Position numbers and translations under genes: made by a program
In this document: piece after piece, positions 33,384 to 45,473 of the stretch
Layout: every line of letters begins with the position of its first letter
How positions within the stretch are numbered: position 1 is the first letter of the stretch
From: Nemertoderma westbladi
Lineage: Eukaryota; Animalia; Xenacoelomorpha
Reading direction: 5' to 3'
DNA length: 64,000 bases
Assembly (NCBI GenBank): GCA_032718475.1
Contig: JAUCBJ010002426.1
Coordinates: 1-64,000, forward strand
The notes under the pieces: model-generated
Database searches by the model: none
The model's input: the letters and a program-made list of their open reading frames with translations, nothing else
What the model was told of the DNA's origin: nothing

Positions 33384-35167
33384 GCTTATTTATGCGTTCC
33401 TTTTGACCTAAGAAATGATCCTTCTTATATGGTAATGGAGAATTCACCTTTTGAAAGTGGGGACTGCAAATATGTCTCGCAATTGTTGATAAAAAATCGC
33501 AAAAGAAAGAAAAAGGTGGGTGGTAACCTTTATTTTCCTCAAAATACCCTCCCTTGTCTATCCATTTGTTATCAATCCAGTCTGGGAGCTTAGATCTTAT
33601 TTCGCGAAGTCCAGAACCCAGATTGAATTCACTCAACTCTGGGATACTATAAACATTGAGTTCTATTACTCTGCAGAGGTCAGCGAGGTCACCGACCCTG
33701 CTAGCTGGATCTCCACGTTTTATTGGGTGAAAGTTTGTTAATTTGGCCCTTAGCCCAGCTGCAATTTCAGGGCCAGAACCAAATCTTAGCGCCAGCTCTT
33801 TCCAAATTGTTTGGAGTGTTGTAGTAGGATCAGCACTGCTGGCATCGACCAAATTATTGATCAGTTCTAATGGCTTTCCAATAGTATTACTTTTCAAGAA
33901 TGATATTTTGTCCAGAGGAGATAATTCTATACCAGTTAGCCTATTTTCAAGGATCATTGCCCATGTACGGAATCTATATGGTTCACCCTTGAATGGCTCT
34001 GACGATTTTTCTAATAATTCCTTACGAATTAGATATTGAGAAGAGTGGTCAATATAATTGAAGGGAGTTACTGGACTATTAGAACTCATACTAGTATAAT
34101 TTGGAACAGGGGGCGGATATGGCGCTGCACTACAACCAGCTATTGAAACTGGAACTTGGGCCTTTGCTGGTATAAATGGTTCTGCTTGTGTGTATAACCC
34201 CCAAGTCACTGTTTTATTATCTGCCGATACTCCGGTTGGATTTATATAACTTGTTCCAAAAGGCAATATTGGGGTTTTGTACATTGAAGTGCACACTGGG
34301 CTAGACAAAGGGGCTGAGGGGTGTCTCCCCACTGTAAGGGAAGTACTAGAAATGGCGTTAAAGAACATTTGCATAAGTAGGAATGCTATTATTTATAAAG
34401 GATGGTATATAGTTTGCACATGAACTGACACTATTGTTATCATTATGGTTATGGTTTAAAGGCATTCCTGTAAGCTGATTTGAATCGCCATATATTGGTT
34501 TATTCAATTCTCGCTGTTGCTCAAGGTAGAGATTTATCCTATGGTTAACTTCAGGGTTAGGGTGTGATCCCTTTGCATTTACTTCATTGACACTGCAACT
34601 ATCAAATTCAAATAAGTTAGCCACTCCTGTGATAGGGTTTGTCCCAATCTCAACATTAGATGGATGGGGCACTGTATCGAACATTGTCCCAATCTCTACA
34701 TCTGAGGGATGGGGGACTGTATCTAACAAGGTGTTTGCTGGAGGTGTATTAAATTCACACACAGAGGATCGATTATCAATGCTAATTTGAGCAATTGACT
34801 GGGTGTCTATGCTTGATTCTGCTCCAAAACTTTTCCTTTGGTCAGAAAGACCCTTAATTATCTCCCTATAAATTTTAATTTGGGTTTGATAATTTGTGGT
34901 TGTTTGCAGCTTTTCCTGAGTTACAGCATGTTTGTTAAGATGAGCTATAAGCTTGCAATAAGTATTGTCTAATTCATGTTTTGCTGCTTTCAGTTTAGCA
35001 ACGTGTGAATTTACTTCCTCAATATTATTTAATTCAGTGGCAAGAATACCAAATAAATCCTCCAAACGAGACTTAGATTTTTCGTATTCTTCAAACGCTA
35101 CATAATATGTGGGTGGTTTAACCCTTTTTGGGTAATTGGATGCAGTGGCGACCTGCTGTTCATCCAT
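33358..35167 (-). pseudogene. gag: E3 gag N-terminal part, split by two frameshifts (ORFs 34358-35167 and 33358-34374)
   Basis: BEL gag motifs FKGEPYRFRTW, LALRFG and KLPDWIDNKW...YHPPFSFFCDF in overlapping frames. Confidence 0.8.
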
Positions 35168-35941
35168 TTCAGCATTTGAAACGGTTATTTATTGCAGGAC
35201 AACTGTACCCTACTATAAAGTTTTTCAATCACAAACTTTATCTGCAGCCAATTAAGATATGGGATATCAGTATATCTGTATATACCAGTATATATTTTAT
35301 CTTTGCAGCTTTATATATACCATATTATATTATATATATCAGCATACCAGTATATATACTCTTAGTACTGGTATGAGGATTATCCAACCATCACCAGTAT
35401 TCTGGTATTAGCCGATATTGGTGGTTTGGTACCGGTATGCCGGTACCGATTCTGTGATTGGTGGTTCCGCAGTTCTCAGGTTCTGTACCGGTATGATACG
35501 GTATACGGCTGTACGGTATCTGGGTATAGTAGTAGTAGTACCGGGGATCCGGTATATAATAGTTTACCAGGTTACCGGTATTCTTTCAACTGGTCAAGTC
35601 CAGCACTGGCTATTCTAACTGACAGCGTATTACTGTATTATCTAATTCCGTAATTATAGATGTAGTTTATCCTGTTATCGGCAGACACGTATTAGCAGCC
35701 TACATCAGTTTCTTCTTTCTAATCTAACAACTTCTGAACTTACTTGATTGGTTGCTAGTTAGTTAATCCTGATGTTTCACCTTTAAGGTTTTAGGGTAGG
35801 CCTACCGTCGTCTGTCTTTCTGTTTGATCTTTGAAGATACCGGTCAGCCGGTATACGTTTATACATTCACGGTTAGGTTATTCTGGTTGTAGCTTGTACG
35901 TTGATCTACAACATTCCGATCTGGGAACCAGCACCGAAGAT

Positions 35942-35952
35942 AAGTTTTTTAC
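35942..35952 (-). other. E3 non-tRNA PBS GTAAAAAACTT
   Basis: Abuts the 5' LTR; exact complement AAGTTTTTTAC on the element strand at 36120-36130 (and 28619-28629). Confidence 0.72.
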
Positions 35953-36427
35953 TGTCCTGAGCAACGCAGCCCTATTACTATAGTCAGCTGGTATTTCAGG
36001 CGTATAACGCAGCCATTACACAATAACATACACCGTAGGAAAAACATGACCGAGTTTGCTAACTTCCGATAACATTTACATTTAATTCCTTCGTTACATT
36101 AACATCGTATAATAAGCTGGTAAAAAACTTGTAAAGTTAGGCCACTGGTTCACAGCGTCCTGGGTACATTATGACAGACAATCCTATGTAGATTATGTAC
36201 ATGTATATATATGTATATATGTACATTATGACAAATAATCCTGTAGTCCTAAGTGCTGCATTAATAAGCAGTAAGCTAGCTATATGCTATTGATGTTAGT
36301 ACTGTACCGGTACATTAAGACAAGTCTGAAGTCATTATGTTACTGTAGTATGGCATTTATCTGTATAACGTTTATGTCCATTAATATAACTTATGTCCAT
36401 TAATATATATAACTTATGTCCATAACA
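35953..36427 (-). repeat. E3 5' LTR (475 bp)
   Basis: TG...CA; about 3 substitutions and one 57-bp indel relative to the 3' LTR. Confidence 0.93.
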
Positions 36428-38358
36428 AATATTGAGCTGAAGACGTGTAAGTCTGCTCAGATTGTTCAGATAATTGTAGGCCGGACTGTTGTCGGATTGT
36501 TGTTGGGTTTGGAGAGATTACGGCGTGTGTAGAGTTTGTCCGATAGAGTGCCAGTTAGTAAGTTGGGGCAGCCATAGCTGTAAGGTCAATCCCCTCTTAA
36601 AGAATAAGTCGTACTACCGTGTTAGAACGCATACTAACTAACAATTTTGGAATCTGCACATACTGTAGTTTATTTAGGCTTGACAGTATTCTGCCAGCGT
36701 TTTGGCCTGTGTTTGTTTGTGTGGTCTGTTCAGGTACCGTAATAGTTATTACTCAGATACTTTGTAGGCTGGATTGTTGTCTAGCTATTATTAGGTCTGA
36801 AGAGATTGCTGCGTGTGTAGAGTTTGTCTGATAAAGTGCCAGTTAGTAAGTTGGGGCAGCCATAGCTGTAAGGTCAATCCCCTCTTAAAGAATAAGTCGT
36901 ACTACCGTGTTAGAACGCATACTAACCAACCATTTTGGAATCTGCACATACTGTAGTTTATTTAGGCTTGGTGGTAGTCTGCCAGCGTTTGGTTTGTATT
37001 TGTTTGAGTATTCTGTACGGGTAGCGTAATATTTATTATTCAGAGTTTATGCGATTATTCGCAACATTTATGTCCCCAAGTTTATTCCTACAGTAATTGT
37101 GCTTGTTATACATACCGTTATAGTTAAATTAACCCCGGTACTACACGGGCTGCTTGGCGTAGGAAAAGACTGGTGACTTTGTGCTTCGGTCACTCCAGCA
37201 GATGCCGTGGTTCTTTTAACTGTTCAAGTATATTTAACTACTGATTATTTGTTGTACCAGTACTTGTACCTAATTTAGGGTTTAGTGTACAGTGCTTTCC
37301 GAAAGTAATTAGTGTGTAGGCAGTGTATTGTGTTGTAAAGTGGTTAATAGGCACGTTGGATCTGGTAGTCCGCGGTAATTAACTTCCAGGTAGGAACACT
37401 CCGTGATACATAACGTAGTACCTATAGTGATACGGCTATAGGTCGTCAGGCGGTGGTATTTTCCCTATCTGGACAGTGCAATATATTTACTACTACTTAT
37501 TATTTTCGAATACCGTAGTACCCTGTCCATTGTAATAACCAGAATTCTAACCCTTTGTTAGGCTGGTTTGTAGTTCCCTGTAAAATTACCCTAAAATTTC
37601 ATACGTAACATTTTGTTGTGTTTTAATTAGAGATTTAATCTCACCCGTATCGTAAGTAATTCGTAGATAAGTAACTTAGGAAGTAGAATTATCTGTTTTA
37701 GTGTCTAATGAGTAGCACTTCACTGAGAGCGCACAGCTTTTGTGTAGTGATTACTTCCCAGAAATAGTAACATCTATTTCAATATTGTAACAAAACCCCT
37801 CATACGGGTACATATAAATCCACTAAATCTATTAATAAAATAGTAGGCCTGTTATACAACACTTAGGTCGTAATATCAGTTGGACTGCTGCTCAAATAAC
37901 GGTAATGAAGTAAGTAAAGTAACCAAGTAACCCCTAACATTCAGAAATTCAATTATTCTAAAATAATTGACATACCGGTATTTACCATAGGCTTATTATA
38001 TTTATTTCTATAAATTTGGGCTGAAATCATACCGTTATTCTGTAATTAATTCTAGTCTGTAATAATTATACTTATATATACTATAAGTGTCAGCTGTATA
38101 CCGGTATTCACGATAGGCCTATTATATATTTATATATATTTGTGCTAAATTTATATACCGGTACTCTGTGACAAATCTAGTCTGTAATGATACTTATATA
38201 TATATTATAAGCATACCGGTATTCTAATATATTATATATATATCACGCTACACTGAGTAGCAGTATCGGTAATTAATTATTAGGCTAACAGTGATACTGA
38301 ATTACTAGACTTGCTTTAACTGTAATATAGCAGTAGGCATTCAACTGTACAATCAAAC

Positions 38359-41300
38359 ATGGCTGACACAAGGCAAACTCTGTCAGATAGTCTCCTAGAA
38401 ACAACAGACTGTTTCTCAGATCAAAGTGTAGAGAATCCCAGACCGAGGTCTGAAACCCCTCATACTGTAAGAAGGGCAACCCCTGCAGTGGTTGTGTCAG
38501 AACCTAGGTTGGTAGAAGCGATTTCGCAATTTGCGAAGTTAGTGAAGCGCCGTTGGTCTGCCATAGGCACTCGGGCCCAAGTCAAGCGGGATCAAGAAGA
38601 AGCTATAAAACAGCAGCAACCTCCTAGCCAAGAACCTAGTTCTCAGCGGCCCGATAGCTCCAGTAGTTCGGATACTGTTGAGCGGACGCCCGAACGCGGA
38701 GCGAAGATGGCGGATACGGTTTATGATGAGTGGCCAACCTATGAAGAATCAACCGACGCCACTTCTTCTCAAGTGGAAAGCGAGGTGGAAAGCGAGGTGG
38801 AAAGCGAGGTGGAAAGCGAAGTGGAAAGCGAATTAACAGCAGCAGAGAAGCCGCGAACTAGAGACGCCATTGACATCTATCTGTCAGACTATCAGCGATT
38901 CATAGGAGACGAAGAGTTGAGGAGACGACTGTCTGGACTTCGCCCTAATAGTGAAGGAACCAAGCTTGTGTTGGACGCAATCGATGCGGAAATGTTAGCT
39001 GCAAACCAAGCTAAATTTGATGAAAAACTCCGCCTCGTTAGAGTCCAAGAAGAACAAGTAAAGAAAAAACGGATAGAGGACCGAAAGGCAGCAGCAGTAG
39101 CGGCAATGGCAGAAGTAGAAGCAGAAAGAAAGGCAGCGGCGGCAGAAGTAGAAGCAGAAAGAAAGGCAGCGGCGGCAGAAGCAGAAGCAGAAAGAAAGGC
39201 AAAAGCGGCAATGGCAGAAGTGGAAAGAAAGGCAGCAAAGGCAGTGGCAGAAGCAGAACGGAGAGCGTCTGAGGAGACTACCCAACTGGAGTTGGAATAT
39301 CTGCAAGAGACGCAAGACAACATAAATAAACAGTTAACTGCTAGTCACATGCAGATGATGAGAAGATCTACTCCCAAACGCCAGGGATACACATCATCGG
39401 AAGAAAGCGAAACCACCGATCCTGAAGGCGGAGGAAATAGATCTCGTCTAAGCAGGCGTAGAAAAACATCTCACCGTCATAAATTGCCTGATTTGCCCCC
39501 AGCTGTTAGAAGACAACTAGCTAGCACAGACTTAAGTAGTATAGAACCTACAGACCAAATTATTAAGGTCAAAAGACTCCCTACTATAGTTGATGAGCCT
39601 GAAATAATTAGGCCTGTCATTCCCAAAGTCACCCCTGTGCTAGAAACTCCTGTACTTCCAGAGCTTAACTCTAAATTCCCTTTACATAGTACTACACTGC
39701 CTGTACCCGGTAGAACAGTCCATGAGAATATCCCTGTCCTGGAAGCTGAGAGAGAAATCAAAGATTTGTCTCCCGTCGTCCCGCGTCAGCCCGCTACAAT
39801 GTTGGCGACTCCCGCTTCGGCGGTTGAGTGGGTAGAGGAGGGACGGCGGGGGATGAATCTCCTGCTCGGACAGATGCAGGAGACTGTCCACCAGCTTAAG
39901 GGAACAGTAAGGGAAGGTAGGGCAGAATTGCAAGAAGTGCAGCAAAGTATCGCGCTGGAATGCGACAAATTAGTTAATATACAAAAGAGTATACCAATAC
40001 CCCCTGTAACATTGTGTCAACCTGTTAGGTCTGAAGTATTACATGCGCGAGGTGTGGAGCCTACACGCATCTATACTGCTAGTGAAGTAGAAACTCCTAT
40101 AGCAAGCCCTATTAAGGGTGATTATAGACCTGTTATTAATGATATCCCCTATAGACCTGACAATGATCCGAGAAATTTATATACCGATAATTCGATATTA
40201 AATAACACGATGGCCCAAGAAAGCTTTACGCGTCAGATGGCTAGAACAGAAGCCCGCCAAGCGGTCAAAGTGGGAGAGATCGTCAAATTCAATGGAGATG
40301 AGATGAAATGGTTACCTTTCAACGAATATTACAAAGATAGCATACAAAACTCTGTACTATCTAACGGAGAGAAACTTAGGTTCCTCATCAAGTGCTTGGA
40401 AGGACCTCCCAGGTTAATGGCGTTAAAGTTTATTGGACATCCAGAAGGATTAAGACAAGTATGGGATACATTAAACATCAGGTATGGTAACAAGGATAAC
40501 ATAGCTAAGTATTTGTATGCAAAATTAGTAGCCCCCCGACACTTCCTTAGTAGCGGGATTATAGAGTTTTCCGATGAAATTCAGGAAATCTGTAGACAAT
40601 TGGACTGGTTAGGTAAGTCTCATGAATATCAGAGTTCAATGGTTATTGGAGCAGTAGTCTCTACTTTACCCAAGGGTGGAGTATGTACACGCTGGGACAA
40701 GAAAGTGTTGTACATGAATGAACAACAACGACGAAGTCCTACCATGGCTGATCTCATGTCCTTCTTAGATAGTGAAGTAAAATTACAACTCATAAAGCAG
40801 TCCAGAGAGAAAACATTGGAAAATAAGGTAAGTGAGAAACCCGTTTCTAGGAGAAGGATAATACCAGTGTGTTATACTGACGACGGCGAAAGCCAAGCTT
40901 CCCAAGAAGGGGACAGCGGGAAAGACACAGCAAAATCTTACTATGACAACAAGACCTATAAAGACGTAAGTAAATACAAGTCTCGAACCAGTGACAGGAG
41001 AGAACAGGTAACAACAACTCCTCCTACGTCTCCTAAGAGAATTCACGGAAGAAAGCCCGAAGAAAGAACGAGAGTGCATAACGTTACCCAAGGTAAGGTG
41101 AGTAACATCAAACCAAAATGTGCGCTGTGCGACGGGCCCCACCGTTTGAGTGCGTGTGCTGAATTTCTAAAGAAATCCCTTGTAGACAGACGTACAGTCC
41201 TGTGGAATAAGCGGTTATGCTATAATTGCCTCAGATCAGGACACCAACGGCGAACCTGTTACTCCGACGTAAAGTGTGCAAAGTGTGGTGCGAAACATCA

Positions 41301-41739
41301 CATCTTGTTACACAGTGAGTTCGAACGAGACAACCCGAGTCAGGTAAGTGAGCCCGAACTACATGTCCAATTCAGTGATGTAAATGACACTGATCAAGAG
41401 TCTGAGATGGAAGGATTCTATACTGACGAATTCTCCGACGCCAACGAATCTTGTTACCTAATAAATACCTCAGTGTATCGAGCACTTACTTATGAAAAGG
41501 ACACCGACAATGAGTTCCCCCCAACTACTTTTGCCAGACAACCATCTTGGAAAGCTCCAACTTCCAACGTAGGAATCAGAGAATTTCCTGTAGTGCAGGT
41601 AAGAGTTCATGGTCCTAACAAAAGTTACATAGTGAACGCCCTCCTTGACTCCGGCAGCACAGGAACATTCATCGATCAAGAACTAGCCGAAGATATCTTT
41701 GCTGGACATGCAAATACTCATCCGCCAAAACGAGCATGA
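38359..41739 (+). CDS. gag: E2 gag (intact) with start of protease, 1126 aa
   Basis: Open ORF; KFNGDEMKW, LNIRYG, CALC/CYNC/CAKC knuckles, ALLDSGS; low-complexity (VESE)n and (AEVEAERKAAA)n expansions. Confidence 0.9.
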   Translation: MADTRQTLSDSLLETTDCFSDQSVENPRPRSETPHTVRRATPAVVVSEPRLVEAISQFAKLVKRRWSAIGTRAQVKRDQEEAIKQQQPPSQEPSSQRPDSSSSSDTVERTPERGAKMADTVYDEWPTYEESTDATSSQVESEVESEVESEVESEVESELTAAEKPRTRDAIDIYLSDYQRFIGDEELRRRLSGLRPNSEGTKLVLDAIDAEMLAANQAKFDEKLRLVRVQEEQVKKKRIEDRKAAAVAAMAEVEAERKAAAAEVEAERKAAAAEAEAERKAKAAMAEVERKAAKAVAEAERRASEETTQLELEYLQETQDNINKQLTASHMQMMRRSTPKRQGYTSSEESETTDPEGGGNRSRLSRRRKTSHRHKLPDLPPAVRRQLASTDLSSIEPTDQIIKVKRLPTIVDEPEIIRPVIPKVTPVLETPVLPELNSKFPLHSTTLPVPGRTVHENIPVLEAEREIKDLSPVVPRQPATMLATPASAVEWVEEGRRGMNLLLGQMQETVHQLKGTVREGRAELQEVQQSIALECDKLVNIQKSIPIPPVTLCQPVRSEVLHARGVEPTRIYTASEVETPIASPIKGDYRPVINDIPYRPDNDPRNLYTDNSILNNTMAQESFTRQMARTEARQAVKVGEIVKFNGDEMKWLPFNEYYKDSIQNSVLSNGEKLRFLIKCLEGPPRLMALKFIGHPEGLRQVWDTLNIRYGNKDNIAKYLYAKLVAPRHFLSSGIIEFSDEIQEICRQLDWLGKSHEYQSSMVIGAVVSTLPKGGVCTRWDKKVLYMNEQQRRSPTMADLMSFLDSEVKLQLIKQSREKTLENKVSEKPVSRRRIIPVCYTDDGESQASQEGDSGKDTAKSYYDNKTYKDVSKYKSRTSDRREQVTTTPPTSPKRIHGRKPEERTRVHNVTQGKVSNIKPKCALCDGPHRLSACAEFLKKSLVDRRTVLWNKRLCYNCLRSGHQRRTCYSDVKCAKCGAKHHILLHSEFERDNPSQVSEPELHVQFSDVNDTDQESEMEGFYTDEFSDANESCYLINTSVYRALTYEKDTDNEFPPTTFARQPSWKAPTSNVGIREFPVVQVRVHGPNKSYIVNALLDSGSTGTFIDQELAEDIFAGHANTHPPKRA

Positions 41740-42304
41740 GGCGCTAGAGACATTGGAGAAACGGCCTGCTCAACCGCAGCCACTACAAACCTATGCGGTA
41801 AGAACTAGAGTAGGTTGGTACTTCACTGGCCCTTCCCGTAGAACTCTCAAAGAGAGATTACCTCAACAACAGGTATACCAAGTAAAGGAATGGGAAGTGG
41901 AGAGCAGTGATGTGGACGATCCAACTGAGGGAACACCATACTCCTCAGATAATGACGATATTAACTCCAATGTAGATCAATGGAGACATTGCCTTGGGAC
42001 GATTAATCCAGCCGACATCGCTTCCAGAGGAGCAACTCCTCAAGAACTGATAGATAATCCAGGCTGGTTAGGTGGATCCGACTTCTTAAGTAAAGAAGAA
42101 GAAGAATGGCCTCCTCATCTTACCCCGGTGAAGATTAGACAGGCCAAGGGAGCGGAGAAAGTAACACAACAACTCAATCGCCCAGCTAGTCGTTTATGTT
42201 TACTGGAAAGAGACCGAAAACTGTCCGGAAACTATGGAAGGCAAGATACTCTTCCTACGACCACTTCCCTAATCCGACAAATATCTAGGGACTCCATAAC
42301 GTAA
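41699..42304 (+). pseudogene. pol: E2 pol remnant lacking RT, most of RNase H and integrase
   Basis: Versus E1 it jumps SSDNDDI to DQWRHC..NPADIASRG and GAEKV to TQQLNRP. Confidence 0.88.
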
Positions 42305-43946
42305 TAACATATGGAGTGGGCGTGTGACTATATCATTTTATATTTGTTTTTATTTTATATTTATGTATGTATTATTATGTAATTTTATTATAATCGTTTC
42401 CTTTAATTTTATTTAGTAGAATGTTATTTTAGTGATTATTTAGTAGATTAGTGCAATATATTAGTGTTTATTACGTACGTAATTACTTATAATATATACT
42501 TAGTGCGACGGCGAGAAATAATTTTTTCTCTTTCCTTACTGTCCGTATCATATTATAAATACGTGACTACAGTAAGATGAAATGTCCGTACTTCTTAAAG
42601 TACAATAAAGCCACTACTATATTCAAGTATTATTGGTAGGCAGAGTATTAGGAATGCAAAGTTCAGATCCTCGTGTCTCGGCTAAACCAAGCTCTGGGTA
42701 GACCTTGGAAACGACTTGCCTCTTCACACTGACATTGCTTCGTGCGATATTGCTCTTCTACCTTATATTAAATAATAAATATAGTAGCGTGATGTCCCTC
42801 TAACAGTAGCGTAAAACGCAAATAAATCTGTTAAACTTTTTGACCATCTGTAATTCTAGTCGATTAAGATATCGCGGCACCCACCGATATACTTGAAAGA
42901 CAAATTCTAGAATCAGTGGTTAACGTCCCCAGACAAGTTCTGGAATAAATCGGTGCCCATCTTAAATATTAATTTAATATTTAGTAAAATCTGTAAAATT
43001 CAGATCCGTTAACAATTCTAGTCGATTAAGATATCGTAGCACTTACCGATAATCTTAAAAGACAATTTCATAGAATTAAGGATCCTATATCCCCAGACCT
43101 GCTCTGGAATAAAAATTGTGTCAATTTTAACATCAAATAATAAAATTCACGGGAATAGATTTAAATTCATATTTTAAATGAATTTCATAAATTGTCATTT
43201 TGTGCAATTTATAACATTCCCAAAATTCCATTAATTAATAGATCATGGGAGCGGAGATTCATCCTATTGAGTGTATTGGCGTGCGAGAATCTCCGACATA
43301 TAGTCAATAGCCGATAAAATTAATAAAATCATGCATAAAGAGGATATTGACAATTAAAGAATTATTATTAAATAGCATCCCAGATCTGTATGCATGAGAA
43401 TTACCCTAATTCTACCGCTAGCATTCCATAATGTCACCATAGCAACACCCACGCTAGAATTAGAAGCGAGTTAAAAGAACAATAGAAAGCTTGTCCCATT
43501 GCCTAGCATAGAGAATACCTAGCACACTGTTAGTATCCAAGGATACACAGTAATAACGTGACATTCTGGAAGGCACTGACTAACGGACAAATGGCACAAT
43601 TATGTATGTATGTACGTGTACAATTGGTGACAGTTGTGTGGAATTTGTGCGTTTATAGGTGAATGTTACTGCTAAAGTATGTTTACAATAGCTAGTCGCA
43701 ATTGTGAAAGTAGCCCAACTCTCCTATAGAAAGAACCTAAAGTGGATTCAAGCCTTTGGGACGGACAGTGGAGTGACTTGTGCCGGTTATCGTTGTCGTG
43801 CTGTTGCTACATGTTGGCGTAAACACCGCGACGACGGTACATCGGCGCTGAGAATCCCACTGTCCGGGGGCAAAGAGAGGTAGGCAGCGACGTCCGCTCG
43901 CCTAAACATAAACTCATTCCGATATTAATAAACTCAGATAGCAGAT

Positions 43947-45395
43947 ATGACGGAGTTGGTAGAAGATGATCTTGGTATCAGGGAGCGATATACTCTACCT
44001 TTACAAGCATTTGTGGATAGCTTGATACGCGGTGAAGCCGATCCAACCATTACGGAGGACGATGGTCGTTATATCGAACCGCCGATGTCCCAAGAGCAAC
44101 TTATGCGTGAATTGGACTATCGAAAATTCACCGCTCGCTATACGAATCGTAATGGTACGTATATGGACTTCCTAACTACCGGCCATCCTATCGATTTACA
44201 TGACACGGACGATGTAGACACCGAAAAGAAAATGGTTCTATTTAAATATCATACCCAGCGGAGTCGTAACGATAAACCGAAAATAGATCACGAAAATTCT
44301 ATTCGTAACAGACTGGGAAGACGAACCAATATGCCTAGAATCTGAGGAGATTCAGCCTATCGCGCCCGGAACAGCGACAACGATTATATCCTAGAATGGT
44401 ATCAAGGTCCACAGTGTCTCACTGCGTACAATTATCGCCATGCCAACTATGTTTCTCGGCAACGTTGTCGGTTATGCGCATCGAGAGACCATGTTACGCC
44501 CATGGACACAAACGTCCGCTGTTCCTATTTCCACGAACAACCGGCGATGGAAATTTATTGCGCGTATTGCAGACTCAATAACTTGCATATCTTTGCGGTT
44601 TGCCCTCAATTTATGACTCAATGTCACCGTTGTCGGCTAAAAGGACACGCCAGTTTCGATTGCCCTTTTAATCACGATTTAGAAAGCGTAGATGAAATGA
44701 TCACACTACGTTACATCAGAGCTTGGGAAGCGAACGCTGACTTACATTGTGATTCGCGCCATCGCTATTATCCTGGACGCGCTTACGAAGGAGTTTATGC
44801 GTTCCATCCTTATCTATTCGCTTCTGTCGAACAGAAATCACGCATATCAAGTTACGAGCTACTGAAGCGCGTTGGAGAATGTATTTCAACCAAATTCGTA
44901 CGCAAATTTCTCAGGAGTGTTAATCCTAGCGACCTTCATTCCTATAACTTAATCAATTATATCCGTCAGGATCCGGACTATGGAGACTTGTTTGTTAACT
45001 CACACCCCGAGTTACAGGAAGTATATCGACGGCCTTACGAATACCGAGCCCGCGAACGCGAGTTGGAAAGGACCATTAAACCCCGGAGGTTTCTAACTGC
45101 CTATGGTCCACCCACGGCCCTCGTTCAGACCACTCGTAAAGGACCCGTAAGAGCGGCTGTCTTGAAACGAGCTCTCAAAGCCGTTAGACCCCTCTCCCCG
45201 GACGTTGATGTCAATCAACCCGGTACTTCGACTGGCGGATACACCGACCATAATCCTACACCCTCTGATGCAATCATATTGCACCCTTCACCCAGGAGTT
45301 ATAGCCCTCCTTGTAAAGTGGCTCGCCCCAAAGAGAAAAGGACTCTGGCTAGCTTTAAAAAACTGCGTAAACGCCGTCCGCGCAAGAAAGACTAA
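43947..45395 (+). pseudogene. E2 ORF X remnant: N-terminus and zinc-knuckle C-terminus, exonuclease region deleted
   Basis: ORFs 43947-44345 and 44502-45395 closely match both ends of E1 ORF X; ~2.8 kb (E1 ~4635-7440) missing at ~44315. Confidence 0.88.
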
Positions 45396-45473
45396 CTGTT
45401 TAGAGTATTTACGTATATTAGAAACTGTGATTTTGTATATTTAATAGACTCAAATCCCATTTTCTGGGAGCGG

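Larger units (their letters stand above)
28452..36427 (-). mobile_element. BEL/Pao LTR retrotransposon E3, nested in the E2 leader
   Basis: LTRs 28452-28869 and 35953-36427; TSD AATAT at 28447-28451 and 36428-36432; PPT TGGGGAG at 28870-28876. Confidence 0.95.

Noticed and set aside
41700-44320. E2 deletions as spliced-out introns
   Set aside because: The junctions checked against E1 do not fall cleanly at GT...AG boundaries
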